From a bacterium (GTDB taxonomy: Bacteria; Thermosulfidibacterota; Thermosulfidibacteria; Thermosulfidibacterales; Thermosulfidibacteraceae): a DNA stretch of 46,811 nt. Made by a program: the position numbers and the translations under genes. Below the pieces are notes generated by a model. That model did no database searches, was not told the origin of the DNA, and saw only the letters and a list, made by a program, of their open reading frames with translations. Positions 1-9,002 of this stretch are shown here, piece by piece. The stretch's first letter is position 1. The number at the start of each line of letters is the position of its first letter. The stretch spans positions 1 to 46,811 of the forward strand of contig JALVKL010000259.1 of assembly GCA_027033775.1 (NCBI GenBank). The letters run 5' to 3'.

Positions 1-150
1 CAAAATGCTGAAACTATTAGGCTTACAAATCCAGAAGGAAAACCAGTTTCTGTGGTTAAGCTTAAAAAAGGAGATAGAGTACTTGTGCACATTACAGAAT
101 CTGGCAGACATTTTGGTGTTAAGGTTAGGGAGAAAATAGAAGAAAAATAG
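1..150 (+). CDS. 3' end (C-terminal 49 aa) of a CDS that starts upstream of the window; product unknown
   Basis: Frame +1 is open from the window edge to TAG at 148-150 (...KLKKGDRVLVHITESGRHFGVKVREKIEEK*). It is absent from the ORF track because it has no start in the window. No family recognised. Confidence 0.5.
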   Translation, partial: QNAETIRLTNPEGKPVSVVKLKKGDRVLVHITESGRHFGVKVREKIEEK

Positions 151-168
151 AAAAAAATAATTTTTTTA

Positions 169-197
169 TTGATAAATTTTTATAACCTCTGTATAAG
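169..197 (+). promoter_or_regulatory. Putative sigma70-type promoter for the GGDEF gene
   Basis: TTGATA (169-174), 17-nt spacer, TATAAG (192-197). The -10 ends only 8 nt before the GTG at 206 and no Shine-Dalgarno is visible. Confidence 0.3.
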
Positions 198-205
198 CTT
201 TCCGT

Positions 206-1666
206 GTGGTTAGGTTATTTAACAGAAGAAAATCTATTTTAGGAAAGATAATAGCTGTTCAATTATTTCTTCTTGTGGTTCTTTTTTGCTTTTACGGCAT
301 TTACACTCTAGTGTTCATAACCAAAGTGAAAAAAAGTATTATAAATCGTGAGATTTCAGAAAGTAAGAAGTTTGGAAACTTTATAATAGAGAAGGAGAAA
401 GAAAGTATAGCCAATATTCTAAACAGCTTTGCCCTTTGGAAAGAGCTTTACTTGAGAGCCAAGGCTAAGGATATATCTTGGATAAATCGTCAAATAGGTG
501 AGGATTATCAGGTCAACAGGTACTTTGATATATGTGGTGTTTGCCCTTCGGAAACTCAATGCCTTTATTATAAAGGGATAAAGCTGCCTAATTCTGTTTT
601 AAATAAATTGAACAAATACTTCCGTTCAAAGTATAAGATAGGAGATGAAGTAAAAGAGTTTATCTACTTTTACGTGAAAATAGATTCAAACATCTATATT
701 GTTGGAGCTTCCCCTTTTGCAGATGATGAAGGTAAAGTGCTTTCCTATGGGGTGATATATTTTGGGAAGTCTTTTAACAGGATGATTAAAGCTATTAAAT
801 TCTTGTCACCGGGTGTTGAGGTTTCTAATAAGCTTTTAAAGAATTTTCCTTTTATTCCCCTAAAAGATATAGATGGTAAAGTCATTGGTTATGTAATTAT
901 TAAGTTTCCTGCATATATAAAACGTGAGCTTTCTAAATTTTACATGCTTGATCTTTTCTTGGGTGTATTGCTTATTTTATACGCTTTTATGGTTTGTTTT
1001 ATTCTTATAAGGTATAAAAAGGAAATTATGCACCGTATGGAATATATCTTTAATATAGTCAACTCTTTAAAAGAAATGAGACCAGATCTTGGAAAATTGA
1101 GGGAACTTGCCAAAGGAGAAGACGAGATTGCTGATATTGCCAGAGTTCTTCTTCCCTTGGCGGAGACTATTGCCCAGCGTGTTATTAAAGATCCTTTAAC
1201 AGACGCGTATAATAGGGAATATTTCTTTGTGAGACTTCGGGAGGAGATTGAGAGGGCTAAAAGGTTCAACAGGGATTTGAGTGTGGCAATCTTGGATATT
1301 GATAACTTTAAAAAGGTCAACGATGAATTTGGCCATCCTGTGGGGGATGAGGTTTTGAAGTCCTTGTCCCATCTTATAAAGGAAAACATAAGAAGCACCG
1401 ATGTATTTGCCAGAATAGGCGGTGAGGAGTTTGGGTTTATTCTTCCTGAGACAAACATAGAAGGAGCTTTGAGGGTTTGTGAGAAGCTGAGATCCGTGAT
1501 TCAGCAGCATGAATTTAAGGTCAATTCTTTTTCTATAAGACTGACAGCCAGCTTTGGCGTTACTCAAGTTAAGGATACAGATACAGTTGAAAGCGTATAT
1601 GAAAGGGCCGATAGAGCTCTTTATGAAGCAAAGAGATTGGGGAAAAATAGGGTATATAAATTATAG
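206..1666 (+). CDS. Membrane-bound diguanylate cyclase (GGDEF domain) with uncharacterised extracytoplasmic sensor region
   Basis: GTG-start 486-aa ORF. It has an N-terminal TM helix, a region of about 220 aa, and a second TM (LFLGVLLILYAFMVCFILI). The GGDEF domain follows, with active-site GGEEF (1418-1432) and an RxxD I-site (RSTD, 1391-1402) five residues upstream. Confidence 0.9.
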   Translation: MVRLFNRRKSILGKIIAVQLFLLVVLFCFYGIYTLVFITKVKKSIINREISESKKFGNFIIEKEKESIANILNSFALWKELYLRAKAKDISWINRQIGEDYQVNRYFDICGVCPSETQCLYYKGIKLPNSVLNKLNKYFRSKYKIGDEVKEFIYFYVKIDSNIYIVGASPFADDEGKVLSYGVIYFGKSFNRMIKAIKFLSPGVEVSNKLLKNFPFIPLKDIDGKVIGYVIIKFPAYIKRELSKFYMLDLFLGVLLILYAFMVCFILIRYKKEIMHRMEYIFNIVNSLKEMRPDLGKLRELAKGEDEIADIARVLLPLAETIAQRVIKDPLTDAYNREYFFVRLREEIERAKRFNRDLSVAILDIDNFKKVNDEFGHPVGDEVLKSLSHLIKENIRSTDVFARIGGEEFGFILPETNIEGALRVCEKLRSVIQQHEFKVNSFSIRLTASFGVTQVKDTDTVESVYERADRALYEAKRLGKNRVYKL

Positions 1667-2950
1667 TCTTAGCCTCTCCCTTAAGGCTTTTTCTAAAGCA
1701 GCCTCTTTTCTCTTTTTGTAGAGATGCCTTTCCCTTCTGGCGTGAAGCACTTGTAAGTAATGGAGAAAGGCTATCAAAAACATACCACCTATAAGATTTC
1801 CTATAGAGGCTGGAACGAATAGCCTGTTAAACCAGCTGATAAATGTCACCTTTGCTCCGTATATCTTGCCAAGAAGAACCTCTGAGGTTGAGACTACCAC
1901 ATGGGTGAATGAGCCGATGGCCATAACAAATATACAGCTCCATATGGCAATGAGCTTTGCCACATCACTTTTGGTGGCAAGAACAAGCCATGTCATAGTG
2001 GTTATAATGGCACCTGCCAGTATTGCACTTACAAAGGTTTCTAAAAAGGGCCTTGAAAGTTTATGGGCCGTTAAATGAACCAGATATTCTCCAGGAAGTC
2101 TTCCTAAAGAGCCTTTTCCTCCTGCGTATATTATAAGCGCAAATAATATTGCTCCCACAAGGTTTCCTATAAGAGTCAGGCTCCAGAGTTTGATCAAAAG
2201 TTTAGGGGACTCTTTTCCTTCTATAACCGGAATTACAGGGATAAGAAAATTTTCAGTGAAAAGCTCACTTTGTGAGAGTTTAAGCAGGATAAAGCCAATT
2301 GGGAAGAAAAGAGCACCTGCAAGCATTCCTATATTGGGATTTGAATGCCACCCTGAAGCTCCCGCAGCAGCAGCCATAGCCACAGCTCCAAAGGTTACAT
2401 GAATGGCTCCAATTATCCCCGACATAAACATTTCAAGCCACGGTCTCAGCAGCCGTTTCTTGCCAGTCTCCATGGCGGTGATAAAGACAGAGAGAGCATC
2501 GTGCTCTTCTTTATGCTCCTCTTTCAGCTTGAATAGAAAATTCAGGAAGTGTTGGGAATGTTCTACCTCGTCCAGCATTATCCTTTCCAGCATTTGAGCG
2601 GTTTCTTCATCTGGGGATGAGATGGCATCTTCTCTGTAAGCATCGATTGCCATGTTTTCCAATACAATGTTGAGTCGTAATATATCCTCGTCGGTTTTCA
2701 TCTCCTGTATCAGTTTGAATATTTCCTCTTCATAAGAGACATCTGCTTCTGGTTTTGCTCCCAATTCTCTTAGTCTTTCTGCAAGGATTCGGGCATGGTA
2801 AGCCTCTGTGTTGGCAATGGATCTTAACATAAGGGCGATGTCAGGATCCTTCACCTTTTCCACTTGGGAGCGATATATCCTTATGGCTGCCCTTTCAGCA
2901 CGAAGATTCTCTTGCAATCTCTCTATAAGCTTTTCTCTGCTGTATCTCAT
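1661..2950 (-). CDS. Fusion protein: N-terminal ferritin-like (rubrerythrin-type diiron) domain plus C-terminal formate/nitrite transporter (FNT) family channel
   Basis: 429-aa ORF with SD GGAGG upstream of ATG 2950. The N-terminal ~150 aa carry two E...ExxH pairs (EAYH, EVEH). The C-terminal part has FNT hallmarks (SELFTENF, FTHVVVS, PASIGNLIGG) and multiple TM helices. Confidence 0.8.
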   Translation of the reverse strand: MRYSREKLIERLQENLRAERAAIRIYRSQVEKVKDPDIALMLRSIANTEAYHARILAERLRELGAKPEADVSYEEEIFKLIQEMKTDEDILRLNIVLENMAIDAYREDAISSPDEETAQMLERIMLDEVEHSQHFLNFLFKLKEEHKEEHDALSVFITAMETGKKRLLRPWLEMFMSGIIGAIHVTFGAVAMAAAAGASGWHSNPNIGMLAGALFFPIGFILLKLSQSELFTENFLIPVIPVIEGKESPKLLIKLWSLTLIGNLVGAILFALIIYAGGKGSLGRLPGEYLVHLTAHKLSRPFLETFVSAILAGAIITTMTWLVLATKSDVAKLIAIWSCIFVMAIGSFTHVVVSTSEVLLGKIYGAKVTFISWFNRLFVPASIGNLIGGMFLIAFLHYLQVLHARRERHLYKKRKEAALEKALRERLRL

Positions 2951-3055
2951 CTGTTCCTCCTTGATTCAGAAGATTTAATCTTTTAAAAAGGGTTGTTCAA
3001 GATTTTTTAATTAAATATTTCAAAGTTTACTTTAAAAGTTTATATTTATTGTGGG

Positions 3056-4063
3056 ATGTTTATTTGGAATTTCATAGAGGCTTGCTGGAAGCTGTTTGCC
3101 GAAATGAGCCCCTTTTTACTTATAGGTTTTTTCACTGCAGGAATACTTCATGCCTTTATACCTTCTAATAAGATTTATAGGCATCTTTCTGCAGGGGATG
3201 TGAAGAGTGTGGTGAAGGCAGCACTTGTGGGTGTTCCTCTTCCCCTTTGCTCCTGTGGAGTTATACCTGTTGCGGAGTATCTGAGAAGCAGAGGAGCTGG
3301 AGTGGGTGCTGTTCTTTCCTTTTTGCTTTCTACACCTACTACAGGGGTAGATTCTCTTCTTGCCACCTATTCTTTATTGGGGCTTCCCGTCACCATAATG
3401 AGAATGCTTGCTGCTGTTTTTTCAGGCATCCTGTCTGGGGTGTTGAGCAATCTTTTCATAAACGATTTTGTCAGTATCGGAATGAATGGGGGGTGCTGTT
3501 CCTGTTGTGCCTCTCAGGTTAATGGCTCGGAACATATTGAATTTTCTGAAAGGCTGAAAGCTGGTCTTAAATATGGGCTTTTTAGGTTGGTGGCTGATAC
3601 CAGAAAGTGGATAATAATTGGGATAATAGCAGGCGGTTTGATTGAGATCTTGGTGCCTAAATCCTTTATTGAGTTTTTTGTGAGGCACGGAATGGTTTAT
3701 CCTGCTGTGCTGTTTATGGCTATTCCAATGTATGTGTGTGCTACAGGTTCAATTCCTGTTGCTGCGGCTCTTGTGGCTAAGGGCTTCCCTTTGGGAGCAG
3801 CTGTGATATTTCTTGTGTCTGGCCCTGCCACAAATACAGTAACCATCTCCTTTGTTAAGAGCAAACTTGGTACAAAAGCCCTCATAATTTATCTTTCTTC
3901 CATTGTTTTGGTTTCTCTATTTTTTGCCCTTTTAACGGATATGCTCTTTTCTGGATACTCCTGGAGCATAGGTTACACCAAGGGAGGTTTTTTCTCTGGT
4001 GTTAAGGTATTTTCCTCATTAATGCTTGCTGTTTTATTTGTAATGGCTAAAGGGAAAGACTAA
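3056..4063 (+). CDS. COG0701/DUF318 (ArsP-like) permease with Cys-rich loop; putative metal or metalloid transporter
   Basis: 335-aa polytopic ORF. Signature PLPLCSCGVIPVAEYLRSRGAGVGAVLSFLLSTPTTGVDS, and a central GGCCSCCAS loop (3494-3508). Confidence 0.75.
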   Translation: MFIWNFIEACWKLFAEMSPFLLIGFFTAGILHAFIPSNKIYRHLSAGDVKSVVKAALVGVPLPLCSCGVIPVAEYLRSRGAGVGAVLSFLLSTPTTGVDSLLATYSLLGLPVTIMRMLAAVFSGILSGVLSNLFINDFVSIGMNGGCCSCCASQVNGSEHIEFSERLKAGLKYGLFRLVADTRKWIIIGIIAGGLIEILVPKSFIEFFVRHGMVYPAVLFMAIPMYVCATGSIPVAAALVAKGFPLGAAVIFLVSGPATNTVTISFVKSKLGTKALIIYLSSIVLVSLFFALLTDMLFSGYSWSIGYTKGGFFSGVKVFSSLMLAVLFVMAKGKD

Positions 4064-4551
4064 TATATTAGCACCAAGCAGAAGTGAGGAGTTTTAATAT
4101 CGCGGTAGACTTCTTCCCATCCACAATTTTTTATGGTTGTAAATACATCTATGGAGCAGGCTTCCATGGACGGATAGGCCAGTTCGGGATACTTGCAGTT
4201 TTGGGGAGTACACTCTTTACACAACCTGCACCTTCCAGATCCTAAAGGAAATGCTTTAAAGATGCCTTTGGAATACAGGTAAAACATCATATCCCTTGCA
4301 AGTTTTGTGGCGTTGTCATGGCTGTTGGATGCCATAATAATTACCTTTTTGTATTCTGATAGAATCTTTTTCATCTCTTCCGCATCTGGGGTGTATGGGG
4401 GGCACGTTTTCCATTTTCCGTAATCGGGACAGCCGTACATACACTTCAGCCTTACCCAGTGGGCTATCTCAATCTTGTCTGGGGTTATAATTTTTGCATT
4501 TAACGCGCCAAGCTCTTTGGCTTTTTCTATTAGCTCTTCATCTGTTACCAT
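4060..4551 (-). CDS. DUF2284-type predicted metal-binding (Cys-rich) protein
   Basis: 163-aa ORF with CMYGCPDYGKWKTCPP and CRLCKECTPQNC cysteine motifs. The start overlaps the coaE stop by 14 nt. Confidence 0.7.
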   Translation of the reverse strand: MVTDEELIEKAKELGALNAKIITPDKIEIAHWVRLKCMYGCPDYGKWKTCPPYTPDAEEMKKILSEYKKVIIMASNSHDNATKLARDMMFYLYSKGIFKAFPLGSGRCRLCKECTPQNCKYPELAYPSMEACSIDVFTTIKNCGWEEVYRDIKTPHFCLVLIY

Positions 4552-5149
4552 CTTTGCTTTTTATTTTAGCTATAAAATTTCTTACCTGAAGTCTTGTATC
4601 CTTAAAGTCACCTGAGTTATCTATCACCACATGAGCCATTTTTCTCTTTTCTTCTATTGGTATTTGGCTTTTTAATCTCTTCACAGCCTCTTCTTCGCTG
4701 ATTTTGTCTCTTTCCATCAATCTCTTTATTTGGATCTCTTCTGGTGCGTATACCAATACGGTTATATCCATATCTTTTTCTGCTCCTACTTCAAATAGCA
4801 GTGGGATCTCTATAACTACTGGATGGCAAGGGTGCTCTTTTTCAATTTGGAGCAGTTGCTGATAGAGTCTTTCCAGAATAAGGGGATGAAGTATTCTTTC
4901 CAGTTGTTTTCTCTTACTTTGATCAGAGAATACAATCTCTGCCAGCTTCTTTCTGTCAATTTCTCCATCCTCTTTGAGGATATCTCTACCAAACACCTCA
5001 ATGATCCTTTCATACCCTTTTTTGCCTTTTTGGGTCAGTTCTTTTGCTATTTTATCTGTGTTTATGGTTTTTATGCCTTCCTCTTGAAATATCTTCAATA
5101 CAGAGCTTTTTCCTGTAGCTATACCACCAGTTAATCCAATCTTTATCAC
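4538..5149 (-). CDS. coaE: Dephospho-CoA kinase
   Basis: 203 aa. N-terminal P-loop IGLTGGIATGKSSV and typical CoaE length. ATG overlaps the polA stop by 4 nt. Confidence 0.92.
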   Translation of the reverse strand: MIKIGLTGGIATGKSSVLKIFQEEGIKTINTDKIAKELTQKGKKGYERIIEVFGRDILKEDGEIDRKKLAEIVFSDQSKRKQLERILHPLILERLYQQLLQIEKEHPCHPVVIEIPLLFEVGAEKDMDITVLVYAPEEIQIKRLMERDKISEEEAVKRLKSQIPIEEKRKMAHVVIDNSGDFKDTRLQVRNFIAKIKSKDGNR

Positions 5150-7797
5150 ATTTCTCCCCAGCTCTTTCCAGTCTTTATATCCACCTTTAGGGGAATTCCT
5201 AATTCAGGGCAGATATTTTCCATAACCTCTCTTATATCATTTACAAATTCGGGCACTATTTTTTCCTCTGCCTCAAAGACCAACTCATCGTGAACCTGTA
5301 AAAGCATTTTGGCATTGATGCCCTTTTCTTCTATAAGTCTATCTATTTTTATCATGGCAAGCTTTATAAGATCTGCGGCTGTTCCTTGAATGGGGGTATT
5401 TACAGCAACCCTCTTTCCGAATTCTCTTTCCTCTCTTTTGGGGCTGAAGAGTTCTGGAACAGGTCTTTTTCTGCCAAAGAACGTCTTCACATATCCCTTT
5501 TCCTTTGCAAACTGGACGGTTCTGTTTATAAACTCAACAACCTTGGGATACTTCTCAAAATACCTGTCTATGTATTTTTTAGCTTCTTCAACACTTATGT
5601 TAAGCTCTTTTGATAATCCGTAAGGACTCATACCGTAGATTATCCCAAAATTTACCGTTTTGGCATGCCTTCTCATATTTGGTGTTACCTTTTCCGGTGG
5701 CACACCAAAAATTTCACAGGCTGTCCTTGTATGGATATCCTCTCCTTTTTTAAAGGCTTCTATCAATTTATCTTCCTTTGCCAGAGCAGCAAGTATTCTG
5801 AGCTCAATTTGAGAGTAATCGGCGGATATAAGTAGATATCCTTTTTCTGCTATGAAGGCTTCTCTTATGAGTTTTCCCAAATCACTTCGAATAGGTATAT
5901 TTTGGAGATTTGGTTCACTTGATGAGAGTCTTCCAGTGGCAGTGGCTGTTTGGTTGAAGGAGGTGTGAACTCTATGGGTTTTGGGGTTTGCCTTTTTCAT
6001 TAGGGACTCAACATAGGTGGATTTCAGTTTTGCAAGTTGTCTGTACTCCAGTATTTTAGCAGGAAGTGGATGTTCTAACGAGAGTGCTTCCAACACTTCT
6101 GTATCTGTGGAGTATCCTGTTTTTGTCTTTTTAACAGGGGTGAGTTTAAGCTTTTCAAAAAGTATGAAGGAAAGCTGTTTTGGAGAGTTTATATTAAATT
6201 TCTCCCCTGCTATTTTATAGATTTCCTCTTCTATATTTTTGAGCCTTTCCTTTAAGAATTTCTCCATGAGCTGTAATTTAACCACATCTATTTTGACTCC
6301 ATGAAATTCCATTTTTGCAAGAACCTTTACAAGTGGCATTTCTATATTTTCAAAAACAAAGGTTAAATCCTCTTCTTTTAATCTCTTTTCCAGTATGTTT
6401 TTCAGTCTCATAGTTATGTCTGCGTCTTCACAGGCATAAAATGCGGCCTCTTTTACGGAAAGGGCTGAAAAATTCTCCTCTTTTTTAAGCTTTGATGTAA
6501 CCTCTTTGTAGCTTTGCATTTTATATCCGAGATAATCTAAGGCAATGGTATCCAAATTATGAGTTCTTTTAATAGGATTTAGAAGATAAGAGGCAATCAT
6601 GGTGTCAAAGATGGGATATTCAAGATCTTTATTTTCGTATAATAGTATTTCCATTTCATATTTTAGATTTTGCCCTATTTTTAGGATATTTTTGTTTTTA
6701 AATATCCTTTCGTTAAGCAAAGAGAGAACCTCTTCTTTGTCCATTTTTGCATCAGGATGATTTATCGGTATATAAAAGGCTTCCCTTTCCTTTGTTGAAA
6801 CAGCAATACCGACAATTTCTGCCTTGGCAGGATCAAGGGATGTTGTTTCAAAATCAAAGGATATTTCTTTAAAGCTGTTCTTTAATAATGTTCTTAAGGT
6901 TTCTATATCTTTAACAGTCTCGTATGATACATCTTCTCTTAGGGCTTCTTGAGGCAATTCTTTTAAAAGGCTTGAGAATTCAAGTTCTATAAATAGGTCT
7001 CTCAGCTCTTTTATATTAGGCTCTTTAATCTTGAGATCCTCTATATCAACTGGCAATGGAAGATCTTCCCTCACAATTGTTAGCTCTTTACTTAAAAAGG
7101 CGTTCTCTTTTCCTTCCACAAGCTTCCTTTTTATGGAAGGCTTTAAAGAGTCCAATCTTTTATATATCTCCTCTATGGATCCATATCTGTTTATTAGCTC
7201 CAAAGCAGTCTTTTTACCTATCCCTTTAACTCCAGGGACATTGTCCGATACATCTCCTGTTAGCGCTAAAAGATCTGGGATATTTTTGGGTGGTACTCCA
7301 AATTTTTTTAGTACCTCAAGCTCTGTAAAGAATTGCTCTTTTAATGGATCGAGCACAATGGTCTTATTTGATACCAACTGTAAAAGATCCTTATCAGGTG
7401 AGACTATGATTGTGCTAAAACTTTTTTCTTTTGCTTTTTTAGAGAGAGTTGCAATGACATCGTCTGCTTCAAATCCTTCAATCTCTAATACAGGTATTCC
7501 CATGAGTTTTATAAGCCGTTTTATATAGGGAAGTTGAACCACAAGTTCGTCTGGCATTTTAGGTCTATGGGCTTTGTAATCTTTAAATTTTTCTGTTCTG
7601 AAGGTGACCCTTCCAGCATCAAAGATAACCGCCATATACTTTGGATTATATTCTTTTAAGATTCTGTTGATCATTCTTGCAAATCCAAAAATGGCGTGAG
7701 TAGGAAGTCCTTTGGAATTTGAGAGAAAGGGAAGAGCGTAAAAGGCTCTGTATATAAAAGATGAGCCATCTATGAGAAACAGTTTTTTATCGCTCAT
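5146..7797 (-). CDS. polA: DNA polymerase I (5'-3' exonuclease, 3'-5' exonuclease and polymerase domains)
   Basis: 883 aa. 5' nuclease N-terminus (LIDGSSFIYRAFYA), Exo I motif FDFETTSL, and polymerase motifs (DYSQIELR, QVHDELVFE). Confidence 0.97.
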   Translation of the reverse strand: MSDKKLFLIDGSSFIYRAFYALPFLSNSKGLPTHAIFGFARMINRILKEYNPKYMAVIFDAGRVTFRTEKFKDYKAHRPKMPDELVVQLPYIKRLIKLMGIPVLEIEGFEADDVIATLSKKAKEKSFSTIIVSPDKDLLQLVSNKTIVLDPLKEQFFTELEVLKKFGVPPKNIPDLLALTGDVSDNVPGVKGIGKKTALELINRYGSIEEIYKRLDSLKPSIKRKLVEGKENAFLSKELTIVREDLPLPVDIEDLKIKEPNIKELRDLFIELEFSSLLKELPQEALREDVSYETVKDIETLRTLLKNSFKEISFDFETTSLDPAKAEIVGIAVSTKEREAFYIPINHPDAKMDKEEVLSLLNERIFKNKNILKIGQNLKYEMEILLYENKDLEYPIFDTMIASYLLNPIKRTHNLDTIALDYLGYKMQSYKEVTSKLKKEENFSALSVKEAAFYACEDADITMRLKNILEKRLKEEDLTFVFENIEMPLVKVLAKMEFHGVKIDVVKLQLMEKFLKERLKNIEEEIYKIAGEKFNINSPKQLSFILFEKLKLTPVKKTKTGYSTDTEVLEALSLEHPLPAKILEYRQLAKLKSTYVESLMKKANPKTHRVHTSFNQTATATGRLSSSEPNLQNIPIRSDLGKLIREAFIAEKGYLLISADYSQIELRILAALAKEDKLIEAFKKGEDIHTRTACEIFGVPPEKVTPNMRRHAKTVNFGIIYGMSPYGLSKELNISVEEAKKYIDRYFEKYPKVVEFINRTVQFAKEKGYVKTFFGRKRPVPELFSPKREEREFGKRVAVNTPIQGTAADLIKLAMIKIDRLIEEKGINAKMLLQVHDELVFEAEEKIVPEFVNDIREVMENICPELGIPLKVDIKTGKSWGEM

Positions 7798-8231
7798 TAT
7801 TTAGGCATTGGTGTTTTTGTTCCCGTCTTAATTGTAACCTTTATGTTATTAAAAGCTTCCTGCGTTATCTCAATGGCACAGGAGCTTTCCATGGAGTCGA
7901 AGAGCATGGTGGCTTTGTTGTCGTACACAAACATGGAAAGTAGTTGCCATCCATATTTTGGCATGTTCTCTTTATAAAAACTGACCACATCGTTCAGTTT
8001 CCCTTTTCCTTTTAATACTATAACCGCAGCGTTAACAGATACAGATTCGTATACAAAGGAGTCCTGTGTATCATAACTTAATGTAGGATAAACAGGTATG
8101 TTGTTTAAGATTTTTTCTATTTTTTGAACAGTGGTCTGGGCTGGAGATACCGTTTTTGTCCTTTTAGAGCTTATTGTTGTACAGCTTAATGTGAGAGCCA
8201 CTGTGATGAATATTATGGCCAATCTTTTCAT
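7797..8231 (-). CDS. Putative lipoprotein, function unknown
   Basis: 144 aa. Signal peptide with lipobox (MKRLAIIFITVALTLSC). The stop overlaps the polA ATG by 1 nt (TAATG). Confidence 0.7.
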   Translation of the reverse strand: MKRLAIIFITVALTLSCTTISSKRTKTVSPAQTTVQKIEKILNNIPVYPTLSYDTQDSFVYESVSVNAAVIVLKGKGKLNDVVSFYKENMPKYGWQLLSMFVYDNKATMLFDSMESSCAIEITQEAFNNIKVTIKTGTKTPMPK

Positions 8232-8619
8232 ATTTCACCTCCAGATTTTTGTTTATATCTAATATATTTAGGCTTTCCCTCTTATACAACAGATGCCCTT
8301 TGCATTTACAGTCGCTTGCCCCTAAGGGTATTCTTGTGAATCCAAGTTTTTCGAGTTTGCCTGCTATCTCACATTCAGACTCAAATTCATAAGGATAGTA
8401 TAAGGCACAACATAAAGGAGAGTATTCTTTAAGGGTTGTAATATAATCTATATGCCACTTTAATCTTTTGTTTTTGCTGAAATGCCTTTTTATTCTGTGC
8501 AGAAGGAATCTTTTTGCCCTTCCCACGTATATGTAGTTACCCTCTTTCATGTTCCAGTTTTTATTGCCTATTTTCAAATAGACTGATGAGTTTAGTTTAA
8601 AAAATATGAGATAGTACAT
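8164..8619 (-). CDS. DUF123 (GIY-YIG/Uri-superfamily-like) protein
   Basis: 151 aa. Motifs YIYVGRAKRFLLHRIKRHFSKNKRLKWHIDY and GASDCKCKGHLLY match my recollection of DUF123. The 3' end overlaps the lipoprotein gene by 68 nt. Confidence 0.65.
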   Translation of the reverse strand: MYYLIFFKLNSSVYLKIGNKNWNMKEGNYIYVGRAKRFLLHRIKRHFSKNKRLKWHIDYITTLKEYSPLCCALYYPYEFESECEIAGKLEKLGFTRIPLGASDCKCKGHLLYKRESLNILDINKNLEVKYEKIGHNIHHSGSHIKLYNNKL

Positions 8620-9002
8620 TTTATCTTTTCCCAGGCTATCCTGTCAGCAGGGGCAAGGTTTAATCTTTCAATTTCTTTAGGGGAAAACTCTTTTACCTCT
8701 TCGCACTCAATGGGAATGGGCTTTTGTGAGGTTTTTGCCAAGATAAAATGCAAAATTACACTCTTTTCCGGGTATTTATATTTTAAGGTTAGAAGCTCTT
8801 TTTGTGGATAAATGTCTATTCCCAATTCTTCTTTTATCTCTCTTTTAAGAGAATCAAAGGGACTTTCATTCTCTTCTATTTTCCCTCCTGGAAATTCCCA
8901 CATTCCCTCCAGATGATCCCCTTTTTTTCTTTTGGCCAAAATTAATTTATCTTCTTTTACAATAACCCCAGCCACAACCCTTATCTCTTGCAAGGCTTTC
9001 AT
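8592..9002 (-). CDS. Nudix hydrolase, MutT/NudG-like nucleoside triphosphate pyrophosphohydrolase
   Basis: 136 aa. Nudix box GMWEFPGGKIEENESPFDSLKREIKEELGI. Confidence 0.85.
   Translation of the reverse strand: MKALQEIRVVAGVIVKEDKLILAKRKKGDHLEGMWEFPGGKIEENESPFDSLKREIKEELGIDIYPQKELLTLKYKYPEKSVILHFILAKTSQKPIPIECEEVKEFSPKEIERLNLAPADRIAWEKIKCTISYFLN

Noticed and set aside
940-1458. 172-aa and 123-aa (1196-1567) minus-strand ORFs
   Set aside because: They are entirely antisense to the well-supported GGDEF CDS. The sequence is low-complexity and Ser/Leu/Ile-rich, with no motifs and no SD.
2951-3055. Fur/PerR- or ArsR-type operator between the divergent diiron-FNT and permease genes
   Set aside because: The region is AT-rich with short TTTAAAAG repeats, but nothing matches the Fur 7-1-7 consensus or any clear long palindrome. 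I could see only weak -35/-10 candidates.
7031-7528. 165-aa plus-strand ORF inside polA (and smaller ones at 5386-6220)
   Set aside because: Antisense to polA. The Ser/Phe/Leu-rich composition is typical of the reverse complement of Lys/Glu-rich coding sequence.
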